Assembly: GCA_944381115.1 (NCBI GenBank)
Contig: CALWJV010000008.1
Location: 69,613-133,612 of the forward strand
Source of the DNA: an uncultured Clostridia bacterium
GTDB lineage: Bacteria > Bacillota > Clostridia > Oscillospirales > CAG-272
Length of the DNA stretch: 64,000 nucleotides
Direction: 5' to 3'
This document shows positions 28,808 to 38,001 of the stretch, piece by piece (position 1 is the first letter of the stretch; each line of letters begins with the position of its first letter). Both the position numbers and the translations under genes were made by a program. Under the pieces are notes generated by a model. It saw only the letters and a program-made list of their open reading frames with translations. It ran no database searches and was not told the DNA's origin.

Positions 28808-29776
28808 ATGAAAGAAAATAAAATAAGAGATTATAACAAAAGACTTGTAATTGCTGGATTTATGCTTGCACTCGGTTTGATACTGCCGTACGTACTTGCC
28901 CACGGAATTGGAATAAAGGGGACTGTCCTTTTGCCTATGCATATACCGGTTTTTCTATGCGGGCTGCTCTGCGGATGGAAATATGCTGGGATGCTGGGAT
29001 TTACTCTCCCTTACATAAACGGAATTTTAACAGGCATGCCGGAATTATATCCGACTGCAATTCTAATGTCATTTGAACTTACTGTGTATGGACTTATAAC
29101 CGGACTGATTTATTATAAAACACCGCTTCGTAGGTGGAAACTCGGGATGTATCCTGCAATACTCGGTGCAATGGTTGCAGGACGATTGGTTTACGGTATT
29201 TCAACAGTCGTTATTTTGCAGTTTGACAGTTCATTGAAAGTGGCGAGCGTGTGGGCATCTCTTATAACCGGTATTCCCGGAATCATAGTTCAACTTATTA
29301 TTGTTCCTGCAATATCAATGGTTGTGCTCGGGTACCCTAAATATAAACAAAGAGATGCGGTATCTTCGGCTGTAAATCTTATATTGGAAGAAAGTGCATC
29401 GTGTGTACTTATAAAAGGAAACATAATAGAGAAGACAGTAAATGCAAGGGGAATTGCACCGATTGTAACATTTTATGAGAACGGACTTCTTGAAGATGCA
29501 TATATCGTTGACAAAATCGTGGGAAAAGCGGCGGCAATGATAATGACTCTTGGAGGAGTAAAAGGCTGCTACGGAGTTACAATGAGCCGTGGAGCGCTGG
29601 AGTGGTTTAACGGTAAAGGAATTTCCGTAAGATATAATAAACTTGTTGAAAAAATAATCAACCGTACCGGTGACGGAATTTGTCCAATGGAAGCAACCGT
29701 TGCACAGATAAACGATCCTGATGAAGCGTACTCTATGCTGAAAGAAAAAATGTCGGAACTTGCGAAAAATAAATAA
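28808..29776 (+). CDS. Fusion of an ECF-transporter S-component-like membrane domain and a DUF1893 (TM1506-like) domain
   Basis: 322 aa. Residues 1 to about 175 are multi-TM and carry LLPMHIPVFLCG, as in ECF S components. Residues about 180-322 (VDKIVGKAAAMI...INRTGDGICPME) match DUF1893 as I remember it. A GGAGA SD lies upstream, and the gene starts 46 nt after metH. Confidence 0.65.
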   Translation: MKENKIRDYNKRLVIAGFMLALGLILPYVLAHGIGIKGTVLLPMHIPVFLCGLLCGWKYAGMLGFTLPYINGILTGMPELYPTAILMSFELTVYGLITGLIYYKTPLRRWKLGMYPAILGAMVAGRLVYGISTVVILQFDSSLKVASVWASLITGIPGIIVQLIIVPAISMVVLGYPKYKQRDAVSSAVNLILEESASCVLIKGNIIEKTVNARGIAPIVTFYENGLLEDAYIVDKIVGKAAAMIMTLGGVKGCYGVTMSRGALEWFNGKGISVRYNKLVEKIINRTGDGICPMEATVAQINDPDEAYSMLKEKMSELAKNK

Positions 29777-29876
29777 ATTTTTTAAACTGAGTTTACTGAA
29801 ATAAAATTAAATGGTACGTTTGCTGTTTCTTAAATTATTTTGGAATTACTGTTTTGAAAAAAATTCTATTTAAGAA

Positions 29877-29915
29877 AAACACGAACCTTGAGAAATCAAG
29901 GTTCGTGTTTTTTTT
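29877..29915. terminator. Bidirectional intrinsic terminator
   Basis: Stem ACACGAACCTT pairs with AAGGTTCGTGT, with T8 on the plus strand and a T-run on the minus strand. It serves the + strand gene and the tRNA-Ala on the - strand. Confidence 0.7.
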
Positions 29916-29918
29916 GTG

Positions 29919-29994
29919 TGGTGGAGCTGGAGGGACTTGAACCCTTGACCTGTGCGTTGCGAACGCACCGCTCTCCCAACTGAGCTACAACCCC
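29919..29994 (-). tRNA. tRNA-Ala (anticodon CGC)
   Basis: A 76-nt cloverleaf can be read on the minus strand: GGGGTTGTAGCTCAGTTGGGAGAGC...TTCGCAA anticodon loop...GGTTCAAGTCCCT...CAGCTCCACCA. It has the G3:U70 alanine identity pair and an encoded CCA. Confidence 0.9.
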
Positions 29995-30084
29995 ATACGG
30001 AACAGAAACATTATAGCACAGAGTATGTGTTTTGTCAAGGGATTTTAAAAATTTTAGAGTAGTTTGAACATGTTTTTAGAAAAA

Positions 30085-31419
30085 TTAAGACTCTTCTTCT
30101 TTTTCTTCTTCTGTCGGCTGATTAATCAGTGTGACCATTGTATTTTCTATGCAGTGGTTTTTAACTAAAGTGATTTTTATTGAAAGTTTATCGGTTAAAA
30201 CAGTAGTTACAGTTCCGTCTTCGGGAAGCGATCCGAGAACGGTAAGTACATACCCTGCAAATGTGTCATAGTCACATTCCAGTTTAAGTCCAAGTGTTTT
30301 TTCAACATCATCAATCGGTGTTTTTCCGGAAATACGCCAAGTTTTTGAATCAAGCATTTCAATATCCGGTATTTGGTGTTCAGTATCTTCTTCTTCATAT
30401 ATATCGCCGACAATGCTTTCAAGCAAGTCAGTTATGGTTACGATTCCGCACAGACCTCCGTACTCATCAATAACAATAGCAAAATAGTTACGTGTTTTTT
30501 TCATATTTTCAAAAAGTACGTTTGCTTTTGCAGAATCGGGGATAAAGTAAGGTGTTTTAACTGCGAAATTCAAAATGTTTTCTCTTGTTTTGTTTTTTAT
30601 GCGGAAGTAATCCTTTGCATTGAGAACACCGACAATATTGTCGATGCTTCCGTCACATATTGGGAAAAAAGTATGTCTGCTTCCGTGAATTGTTTTTTCC
30701 CACTGAGTGATACTTTCCTGATTCCATAAAAGTGTAATATTTCTTCTGTGGGTTGCTATCTCATTTACGGTTATGTCATCAAATTCGAAAACGTTCTGAA
30801 TAATTTTCTTTTCTTCGTTGTCAATTGATCCATTTTCGTTTCCGACATCAACCATCATCCGTATTTCTTCTTCTGTAACCTCGTCATCTTTTGCATTGGG
30901 GTCGATTCCGAAAAGACGGAGTATGGCATTTGTGGAAAGTGTTAAAAGTGCAACCAACGGTGCAAATATCTTTGCAATAAAACTTATAACAGAGGACATT
31001 GCAAGCCCGAGGCTTTCTGATTTTTTCATTGCGATACGCTTCGGAACGAGTTCTCCGAAAACAAGTGTAATAAAAGATAAAATAATAGTGATAATTATAA
31101 CCGAAATTGTTTGAAGTGTACTTGCGGGGATTTTAACGCCGGCATTTACAAGAGCGTTAACGATAATATCGGAAAAATTATCGGCAGCAAAGGCGCTTCC
31201 GAGGAATCCGGAGAGCGTAATTGCAACCTGTATCGTAGCAAGGAATTTAGCCGGCTGTGCTGTGAGTTTTGAAAGGCGAATGGCTTTTTTGTCTCCTTGT
31301 GCAGAAAGTTTTTCGAGTTTTGCGTCAGGTATTGAAATAACTGCGATTTCAGCACAGGCAAAAAAAGCGTTACAAAGAATAAGAATAATTTGCAGAATAA
31401 TTTGCGGTATTATGTCCAC
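30085..31419 (-). CDS. CNNM/DUF21-CBS-CorC_HlyC family transporter (hemolysin-family, putative divalent-cation efflux)
   Basis: 444 aa. A four-TM DUF21 N-domain is followed by a CBS pair and the CorC/HlyC C-terminal domain. It uses a GTG start with a GGAGGAG SD. Confidence 0.85.
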   Translation of the reverse strand: MDIIPQIILQIILILCNAFFACAEIAVISIPDAKLEKLSAQGDKKAIRLSKLTAQPAKFLATIQVAITLSGFLGSAFAADNFSDIIVNALVNAGVKIPASTLQTISVIIITIILSFITLVFGELVPKRIAMKKSESLGLAMSSVISFIAKIFAPLVALLTLSTNAILRLFGIDPNAKDDEVTEEEIRMMVDVGNENGSIDNEEKKIIQNVFEFDDITVNEIATHRRNITLLWNQESITQWEKTIHGSRHTFFPICDGSIDNIVGVLNAKDYFRIKNKTRENILNFAVKTPYFIPDSAKANVLFENMKKTRNYFAIVIDEYGGLCGIVTITDLLESIVGDIYEEEDTEHQIPDIEMLDSKTWRISGKTPIDDVEKTLGLKLECDYDTFAGYVLTVLGSLPEDGTVTTVLTDKLSIKITLVKNHCIENTMVTLINQPTEEEKEEES

Positions 31420-31471
31420 TTAAATTTCTCCTCCGTGTTTTAAAATGGAAATTTTAATGTTCAAGTACGTT

Positions 31472-31526
31472 TTTGATAAAAAGCGAAAAAGCATAACCCG
31501 TATCCTTTTGGAGCGAGTTATGCTTT
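31472..31526 (-). promoter_or_regulatory. Terminator-like hairpin inside the 5' leader of the CNNM gene (candidate attenuator)
   Basis: On the minus strand, AAAGCATAAC...GTTATGCTTT is followed by TTCGCTTTTTATC. It lies 50-100 nt upstream of the start codon. No upstream minus-strand gene exists that it could terminate. Confidence 0.45.
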
Positions 31527-31607
31527 AAATTGTATATGTACTTCGACTACAGCCATCTTGGTTTGACATTATAAATTTCCTTTTTAAGTAAAGTAATTGA
31601 TAAATTG

Positions 31608-31636
31608 ATTATACCAATTAATTTCATTTAAGTCAA
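31608..31636 (-). promoter_or_regulatory. Putative sigma-A promoter for the CNNM gene
   Basis: On the minus strand, TTGACT (31636-31631) is followed by 17 nt and then TGgTATAAT (-10 at 31613-31608). Confidence 0.5.
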
Positions 31637-31726
31637 TAGATTTGAGTATATTTAACAATTTATTCACGATTTGCTTTTGATTAACAATAAATTTACCATT
31701 GAAATATAAAAAAAATAATATAAGTC

Positions 31727-31755
31727 TTGAAAGTAGGAGTAAAATTTGTTATAAT
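31727..31755 (+). promoter_or_regulatory. Putative sigma-A promoter for pth-mfd
   Basis: TTGAAA (31727-31732) is followed by 17 nt and then TGtTATAAT (-10 at 31750-31755). It lies about 120 nt upstream of pth. Confidence 0.5.
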
Positions 31756-31876
31756 AAGAAAAACAAAAATTTCACCCGCCTGCCTTTACGGTCGGCGGGT
31801 TAAGGTAGTTTTTAACAGATAAGGTTTTTTGCATTTGTAATGTTACATATTGAAATTAAGTTGAACGGAGATTGAA

Positions 31877-32509
31877 ATGGCAGGTATATTTGATATTTTC
31901 AAGATGATAGAAAAAGGGCAAGAAGAAAACCCAAAAGGATCACCGGAGTTTGTGATTGCATTTCTTGGAAATCCCGGGAGTGAATACGCAAAAACCCGTC
32001 ACAATGCCGGATTTATGTGTGCGGAATATATTTCTGAAAAAAATGGAATAATTATGGACAGATTCAGATTTAAAGCATTATGCGGAGAGGCGATGTTTGG
32101 TGGGAAAAAGACATTGTTTTTAAAACCGCAGACTTATATGAATCTTTCGGGCGAATCTGTAAGAGAAGCGTTAAAATTTTATAAACTTGATCCCTGCAAA
32201 CAATTCATTGTTGTTTATGATGACATATATATAGATATCGGAAAGGTAAGAATAAGGGAAAAAGGATCAGACGGAGGGCATAACGGTATAAAAAGTATAA
32301 TTACAAACCTCGGAACAGAAGGATTTAAAAGGATTAGGCTCGGGGTAGGTAAACCTTCAATTAAAATTTCAATGCCAGACTGGGTACTCGGGAAAATGTC
32401 CGAAAGTGAAATGGATGCGTTTAAGCCGTCAATTGAAAGAGCGGCAAAAGCATTGGAACTTATTGTCGGAGGAAATTTTAGTGAAGCAATGAATAAATAT
32501 AACGGTTGA
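31877..32509 (+). CDS. pth: Peptidyl-tRNA hydrolase
   Basis: LGNPGSEYAKTRHNAGF, YMNLSGESV and DGGHNGIKSI are canonical Pth motifs. The N-terminus is about 20 aa longer than typical, so an internal start is possible. Confidence 0.9.
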   Translation: MAGIFDIFKMIEKGQEENPKGSPEFVIAFLGNPGSEYAKTRHNAGFMCAEYISEKNGIIMDRFRFKALCGEAMFGGKKTLFLKPQTYMNLSGESVREALKFYKLDPCKQFIVVYDDIYIDIGKVRIREKGSDGGHNGIKSIITNLGTEGFKRIRLGVGKPSIKISMPDWVLGKMSESEMDAFKPSIERAAKALELIVGGNFSEAMNKYNG

Positions 32510-32584
32510 ATTATATGCTTGGAAATTAAATAATAAAGATATGAAAACAGCAGAAAAAAACAGATTGAAAATCGGAGTGACCCA

Positions 32585-35500
32585 ATGAACAGAATTATCG
32601 ATCCGCTGAAGAAGGAAAAAGAATATAAAGAACTTTTAAAAGAAGCGATCGCGCAAAGCAAATCAAATAAAACATATCCCATATTACTTACCGGACTGTC
32701 CGACGGAGCAAGATGCGCATTTTATCTTTCAGCAGCAACCGATTGGAAAGAAAAAAAAGGCGGTAAGGTATTACTTATAGTACCGGATGAATCATCGGCG
32801 TTTATGGTTCAAAAAGCATTTGCCGAATGCCAACTGAAGGCGGCGGTGTACCCGTACAGAGATTTCAACTATAATAAAATAAATGTATCACATTCCTATG
32901 AATATGAGAGACTTTCCGTACTTGATAAGGTAATTTTCGGCGTGGCCGATATTTTTATAACTACTCCTGATGCTGCTTTGCAGTATACAATACCGAAAAA
33001 CAGATTAAAAGCTCTCAGTGTACTCATCAAGCCAGATTCTTCTATATCGCTTGAAGAACTTTCAAAAAAACTTTGTCTTCTCGGTTATATAAGGGTAGAC
33101 ATGGTAGAAGCAGAGGGACAGTTTTCGATAAGGGGAGGGATATGCGATATATTTCCGCCTAAATATGAAAACCCTGTACGCGTTGAATTTTTCGGAGATG
33201 AAATAGACAGGATCGCAAGTTTTGATGTTTTTTCTCAGAGGACAGTTGATAATCCTGAATATGTATATCTTACCCCGAGCAGAGAAATAGTTGTCGGAGA
33301 AGAAGAGAAAAGAGCGGTAATTTCAGCAATTGAAACACAGATAAAAAGGACGAAGAACGAAAATACCAAAAAAGAACTTATGCAGGAATTATCTTCAGTG
33401 CAGACACTTTCGGACATTTGTTTTATTGATAAATATATTTCGGTAATTTATAATGAATGTGAGTCATTTATAGATTATTTTGGTGAAAACACGCTTGTTT
33501 TAATCCAGGAACTGAATTCTGTTTACGAAAGACTGAAAAGTTATGAATTTACCTGTAAAGAAACTGCAGAAATGCTCACTGTCAGCGGAATGGTTTCGGG
33601 AGCGAATGCAAAGTGGGGAAAATACCGTGAAGATTTTGATTTATTTCTGTCTGAAAATGCAACTGTATACTGTAATACATTTGCATCATCTTTCAGCAGA
33701 TTTGCAGGAATGTATAATATCAGAAGCAAACAGAATGTTTCGTATAAAGAAAATATACCGTTGCTTATAGAGGACCTTGAGCATTTTGTATCAATGGGAT
33801 ATAAAATAAACATATTGACTGAAAACGACAGTATATCAAAAAAGATAGGTGAGATACTGTTTGAAAACAATATGGCATCAACAATAAACGGAAATCCAAG
33901 ACCAGGGATACCTAACTTTATCAGCGGTATCAATCTTCCAGGATATGAATTGCCATCCTCAGGGTATGTATGTCTATCAATGTACGCTTCTGTATTTTCT
34001 GCGGGTAGACTTATCAGTGCAAAAAGAAAACGTAAGGTAAAGAAAAGTACAAAAGAAAGTGTTTCATCATATGCAGAACTTGAAATCGGTGATTATGTCG
34101 TTCACGATATACACGGGGTAGGGCGATACTGTGGACTGACAACCATGACAATAGGAGGGATCACAGGCGACTACGTAAAAATAGAATACGCGGATGACGG
34201 AAGTCTTTATCTTCCATGTACACAACTTGATATGCTTTCAAAATACCTTGGCGCAGGAACCGAAGAGGGAGCAGTAAGGCTTTCAAAACTGGGTGGGACA
34301 GAATGGGTAAAAGCAAAAAGTAAAGCAAAGGCAGCAGCCAAAGAGATGGCAAAGGAGTTGATCGAACTTTATGCCGAAAGAATGAAGAAAAAAGGAATTG
34401 CCTTTGAGGAGGATGATGCATTTCAGCAAGAATTTGAATGTATGTTTGAGTATGAAGAAACGGACGGACAACTTGAAGCGGCAAAAGAGATAAAAGAAGA
34501 TATGGAACGCCCTGTACCTATGGAAAGATTGTTGTGCGGAGACGTTGGTTATGGAAAAACAGAGGTTGCTTTGCGTGCTGCATTCAAAGCGATAAAAAGC
34601 GGATATCAGGTAGCGTTTCTTGTTCCGACCACAATACTTGCGCTTCAACACTACCAAACTGTGGTTTCAAGAATGAGAGGGTTTCCTGTAAGCGTTGACA
34701 TGATCTCACGTTTTCGCAAACCCAAAGAGATAAAGGAAGCTGTTAAAAGAGTAAATAAAGGTGAAACTGACATACTTATAGGTACACACAGGATGCTGTC
34801 CAAGGACATAGAGTTTAAAAAACTCGGACTTGTCATAATTGATGAAGAACAGCGTTTCGGGGTCACTCAAAAAGAAAAATTAAAGCAACTTTCAAAGAAT
34901 GTCGACGTACTTACATTGACAGCGACTCCTATACCGAGAACGCTCAACATGGCAATGAGCGGTATACGGGATATGTCTGTATTAGAAGAACCTCCAATGG
35001 ACAGGATACCCGTGCAGACATATGTATTGGAGTATGATGAGGCAATAATTTTTGAAGCGATAAAAAAAGAACTGCGACGTGGAGGACAGGTATTTTATCT
35101 GCATAACAGAGTGGAAACGCTTAACGAAATTGCGGCAAAGATATCAGAAAATATACCGCAAGCCAATGTAGCAGTGGCACACGGTCAAATGGATAAAGAG
35201 GACCTTTCAGACATATGGCGTAAGATGCTTGAGGGTGCTGTTGACGTACTTGTATGTACAACTATAATAGAGTCGGGAATTGATGTTCCTAACGCAAATA
35301 CTTTGATAATAGACGATGCAGAAAGGTACGGGCTTGCGCAACTTCATCAAATAAGAGGAAGAGTCGGACGTTCTGGACGTCGCGCATATGCTTATTTTAC
35401 CTACAAAAAAGGTATGGTGTTAAAAGAGTCAGCAGAAAAGAGACTAGAGGCAATACGTGATTTTACCGAATTTGGATCCGGTTTTAGGGTGGCGATGCGC

Positions 35501-36076
35501 GATATGGAGATAAGAGGCGCCGGAAATCTTTTAGGTACTAAGCAGCACGGGCATATAGAAAGTGTCGGATACGAACTTTATATGAAACTTCTGAATGAAG
35601 CGGTACTTGAAGAAAAAGGAGAACCGGTTCAAAAGAAGCCTGAGTGTATGGTTTCTCTTAACACAGATGCATATCTTCCGGAAAAATATATAAGAAGTAC
35701 TGCACAGAGGATAGAAGCGTATAAAAAAATTGCTTCAATAGAAACAGAAGAAGACAGTAGAGACGTTTATGACGAACTTACCGACCGTTACGGAACATTG
35801 CCGAAACAGGCAGAAATTCTTTTGAAAATTGCTCTAATAAAAGCATACGGGAGCCGAGCCGGTATTACCAAAGTTGAATACAGGAACGGATCAATGCTTT
35901 TTTTTGCTGCAAGTATTGATATGAAAGCATGGCAAGGACTTTTGGCATGTTATAAAGGAAAAATATATATATCAGCAGGAGGAACACCGTATATAACATA
36001 CAGAATGCCAAAAGAGGGAGACAGGATTGAGCAAACACTGGAATTATTAAAAAAATATATACAATTTAAAGATTAA
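32585..36076 (+). CDS. mfd: Transcription-repair coupling factor
   Basis: 1163 aa. It has a UvrB-homology N-region, the CarD-like RID (GDYVVHDIHGVGRY), superfamily-2 helicase motifs (GDVGYGKTEVA, DEEQRFG) and the TRG motif region. It is syntenic with pth. Confidence 0.95.
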   Translation: MNRIIDPLKKEKEYKELLKEAIAQSKSNKTYPILLTGLSDGARCAFYLSAATDWKEKKGGKVLLIVPDESSAFMVQKAFAECQLKAAVYPYRDFNYNKINVSHSYEYERLSVLDKVIFGVADIFITTPDAALQYTIPKNRLKALSVLIKPDSSISLEELSKKLCLLGYIRVDMVEAEGQFSIRGGICDIFPPKYENPVRVEFFGDEIDRIASFDVFSQRTVDNPEYVYLTPSREIVVGEEEKRAVISAIETQIKRTKNENTKKELMQELSSVQTLSDICFIDKYISVIYNECESFIDYFGENTLVLIQELNSVYERLKSYEFTCKETAEMLTVSGMVSGANAKWGKYREDFDLFLSENATVYCNTFASSFSRFAGMYNIRSKQNVSYKENIPLLIEDLEHFVSMGYKINILTENDSISKKIGEILFENNMASTINGNPRPGIPNFISGINLPGYELPSSGYVCLSMYASVFSAGRLISAKRKRKVKKSTKESVSSYAELEIGDYVVHDIHGVGRYCGLTTMTIGGITGDYVKIEYADDGSLYLPCTQLDMLSKYLGAGTEEGAVRLSKLGGTEWVKAKSKAKAAAKEMAKELIELYAERMKKKGIAFEEDDAFQQEFECMFEYEETDGQLEAAKEIKEDMERPVPMERLLCGDVGYGKTEVALRAAFKAIKSGYQVAFLVPTTILALQHYQTVVSRMRGFPVSVDMISRFRKPKEIKEAVKRVNKGETDILIGTHRMLSKDIEFKKLGLVIIDEEQRFGVTQKEKLKQLSKNVDVLTLTATPIPRTLNMAMSGIRDMSVLEEPPMDRIPVQTYVLEYDEAIIFEAIKKELRRGGQVFYLHNRVETLNEIAAKISENIPQANVAVAHGQMDKEDLSDIWRKMLEGAVDVLVCTTIIESGIDVPNANTLIIDDAERYGLAQLHQIRGRVGRSGRRAYAYFTYKKGMVLKESAEKRLEAIRDFTEFGSGFRVAMRDMEIRGAGNLLGTKQHGHIESVGYELYMKLLNEAVLEEKGEPVQKKPECMVSLNTDAYLPEKYIRSTAQRIEAYKKIASIETEEDSRDVYDELTDRYGTLPKQAEILLKIALIKAYGSRAGITKVEYRNGSMLFFAASIDMKAWQGLLACYKGKIYISAGGTPYITYRMPKEGDRIEQTLELLKKYIQFKD

Positions 36077-36152
36077 AAAATGTAGACAGTATAGAAAAAA
36101 ATTGATATAATAATCAATAGCGATTTATCCAAAATGAAAGGAAAAGTCTGAA

Positions 36153-37262
36153 ATGAAGTTTAAAACAAGGTTTCTTGCCGTACTTATTGCAGTAATATCG
36201 CTTTTTTCTGTGTTAACGGGATGCGGTGTAATAAAAGGTGATACCGTGATGGAACTTGGCGGGTATAAAATAACTGAGGCGATGTATACTTACTGGATGG
36301 CAAGATACAAAGCAATATTTTTAAGTAATTACAATAACGGCAAAGATACGGAGGAATTTTGGAACAGTACAACGGAGGACGGAATAACATATGAACAGTT
36401 TATAACACAATATATAAATAACTTTGCAAGAGAAGTACTGATATCAATGAAACTGTTTGATGACTATAACCTTTCTTTTACATCTGAAGAAAAAGATATG
36501 ATATCCGATTATATAAAAGGACTTAATACTGCATATGGATCAAAAGCGGAATTTAACGATTATCTGGCCGGTTACGGTCTTAACTCCAAAACACTTGAGA
36601 CGATATATTATGCGGAGCAGAAAATAGATAAAGTCAGAGAAGCACTTTTTTCAGACGGAGGGGTTTTTGGAGTAACAAATGAAGACAGAGAAAAATATTA
36701 CGAAGAAAACTATTACTGTGCAGAGTGGATCTATATTTACAGAAATATGAAACTTAAGACCGACGAAAACGGAGGATATATAACCGACAGTAACGGAATG
36801 TACGAAACAGAACCACTTACAGATGAAGAAAAAGCAGAAAAGGAAAAAAAGATAGAAGAACTTAAAAATAAACTTTTAACCGAAGATTTCAGGACACTGA
36901 GGCAGGAATATTCAGAGGAAGTTTTAGCAAAATATGAAAATTATCCGGACGGAGTATTTTTGTCAGCAAATGATTACCAGAATTACGGCACAGAGTTTAT
37001 AAAAAAAATAGCCTCACTTGAAATAGGCAAAATAACAGAATTTGAAGAAGAGGGTATACTTTTTATTATAAAGAGGTATGAACTCAAGGACTATTCAAAA
37101 CTTACTGAACAGGAATTGAACCTGATGAAAGATTTCGAGGAATACGTAGTTAACGAAAAAATGAAAAAATACTATTCTGCGCTGGAAGTAGAGACATATA
37201 GTGAGGTTTTGGCAAGATATAATATAAAAGAATTTAAAGCATTAAGTAATACAAATATATAA
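36153..37262 (+). CDS. PrsA/SurA-like lipoprotein (putative extracytoplasmic foldase; no clear parvulin motif)
   Basis: 369 aa with lipobox LTGCG. It shows SurA-N-like helical character, and its position after mfd is where Clostridia commonly encode a PrsA-type protein. The call is tentative. Confidence 0.45.
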   Translation: MKFKTRFLAVLIAVISLFSVLTGCGVIKGDTVMELGGYKITEAMYTYWMARYKAIFLSNYNNGKDTEEFWNSTTEDGITYEQFITQYINNFAREVLISMKLFDDYNLSFTSEEKDMISDYIKGLNTAYGSKAEFNDYLAGYGLNSKTLETIYYAEQKIDKVREALFSDGGVFGVTNEDREKYYEENYYCAEWIYIYRNMKLKTDENGGYITDSNGMYETEPLTDEEKAEKEKKIEELKNKLLTEDFRTLRQEYSEEVLAKYENYPDGVFLSANDYQNYGTEFIKKIASLEIGKITEFEEEGILFIIKRYELKDYSKLTEQELNLMKDFEEYVVNEKMKKYYSALEVETYSEVLARYNIKEFKALSNTNI

Positions 37263-37282
37263 AACGGAAAGTGAGACATAAA

Positions 37283-37744
37283 ATGGTAAAGAAGATAAAA
37301 AAAGCATTGCTTTACGGGAAAGATTTTTGTGAAGATACAGCAGAAAATATAAAAGAGACAGTTGTAACTGCGGTCGATGCAACAAAACTTCGTTACCGCA
37401 TAACAAGTCAAAGAAACGAACTTAACGCTTTATACGCAACACTCGGCAAAAATACATTTGCAGAACTTTGCGAAAAAGATGACGGCAGACTTTCTGAGGA
37501 TGAAGTAAGCGGACTGTGCAGCAGGATCGCTGCAAAGGAAATAATACTTTGTGATCTTGAAAAGCAGTTTAGGATCGTATGCGGGAAAGTGATATGTCCC
37601 AAATGCGGAAAATTCATATCGGACAAAAATGCATTTTGTCCTTTTTGCGGAAGAGCAACGGATATCAGTGCTGACTATAGTGATTATGATTCAGATATTT
37701 CAGATTCAGATCTTGACGAACTAAGAGAAATAGATGAAGTTTAA
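37283..37744 (+). CDS. Zinc-ribbon domain protein, acidic C-terminal tail
   Basis: It contains the CPKCG...CPFCG zinc ribbon and a coiled-coil-like N-half. The start (GTG 37271 or ATG 37283) is uncertain. Confidence 0.5.
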   Translation: MVKKIKKALLYGKDFCEDTAENIKETVVTAVDATKLRYRITSQRNELNALYATLGKNTFAELCEKDDGRLSEDEVSGLCSRIAAKEIILCDLEKQFRIVCGKVICPKCGKFISDKNAFCPFCGRATDISADYSDYDSDISDSDLDELREIDEV

Positions 37745-37853
37745 AAAGAAAAAAGAATAACAACAATAATTATACAATATGCATAATTTTGAATTATATA
37801 ATAAAAATCAGATTGTATAATTTGCGAGAAATAAATAATTTTGAAAAAAAGTA

Positions 37854-37882
37854 TTGCATTTTATTTAAAGATATGATATAAT
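37854..37882 (+). promoter_or_regulatory. Putative sigma-A promoter of the rimP-nusA-infB operon
   Basis: TTGCAT (37854-37859) is followed by 17 nt and then TGaTATAAT (-10 at 37877-37882). Confidence 0.5.
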
Positions 37883-37905
37883 ACTTTCATAATAATATAG
37901 TATAG

Positions 37906-37945
37906 AAAGAGTAGGATAAGATAAAACCTGCTCTTTTCTATTTAT
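37906..37945 (+). promoter_or_regulatory. Weak terminator-like hairpin in the rimP-nusA leader
   Basis: AAAGAGTAGG (37906-37915) pairs with CCTGCTCTTT (37927-37936) with one G-U pair. An interrupted T-tract, TTTTCTATTT, follows. It lies between the predicted promoter and rimP. Confidence 0.4.
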
Positions 37946-38001
37946 TATTATATTAAATTTGGTTTTGAATATATTAAATACATTAATTGAAAGGACAAAA
38001 A

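Noticed and set aside
31780-31815. GC-rich hairpin CCCGCC...GGCGGG in the pth leader as a terminator or riboswitch
   Set aside because: The stem is real, but it is followed by TTAAGGTAGTTTTT rather than a contiguous U-tract. I see no alternative pairing or known aptamer consensus. It is most likely just a stabilising 5' stem-loop.
32215-32682. 155-aa ORF on the minus strand spanning the pth-mfd junction
   Set aside because: It is antisense to two strongly supported genes and is low-complexity.
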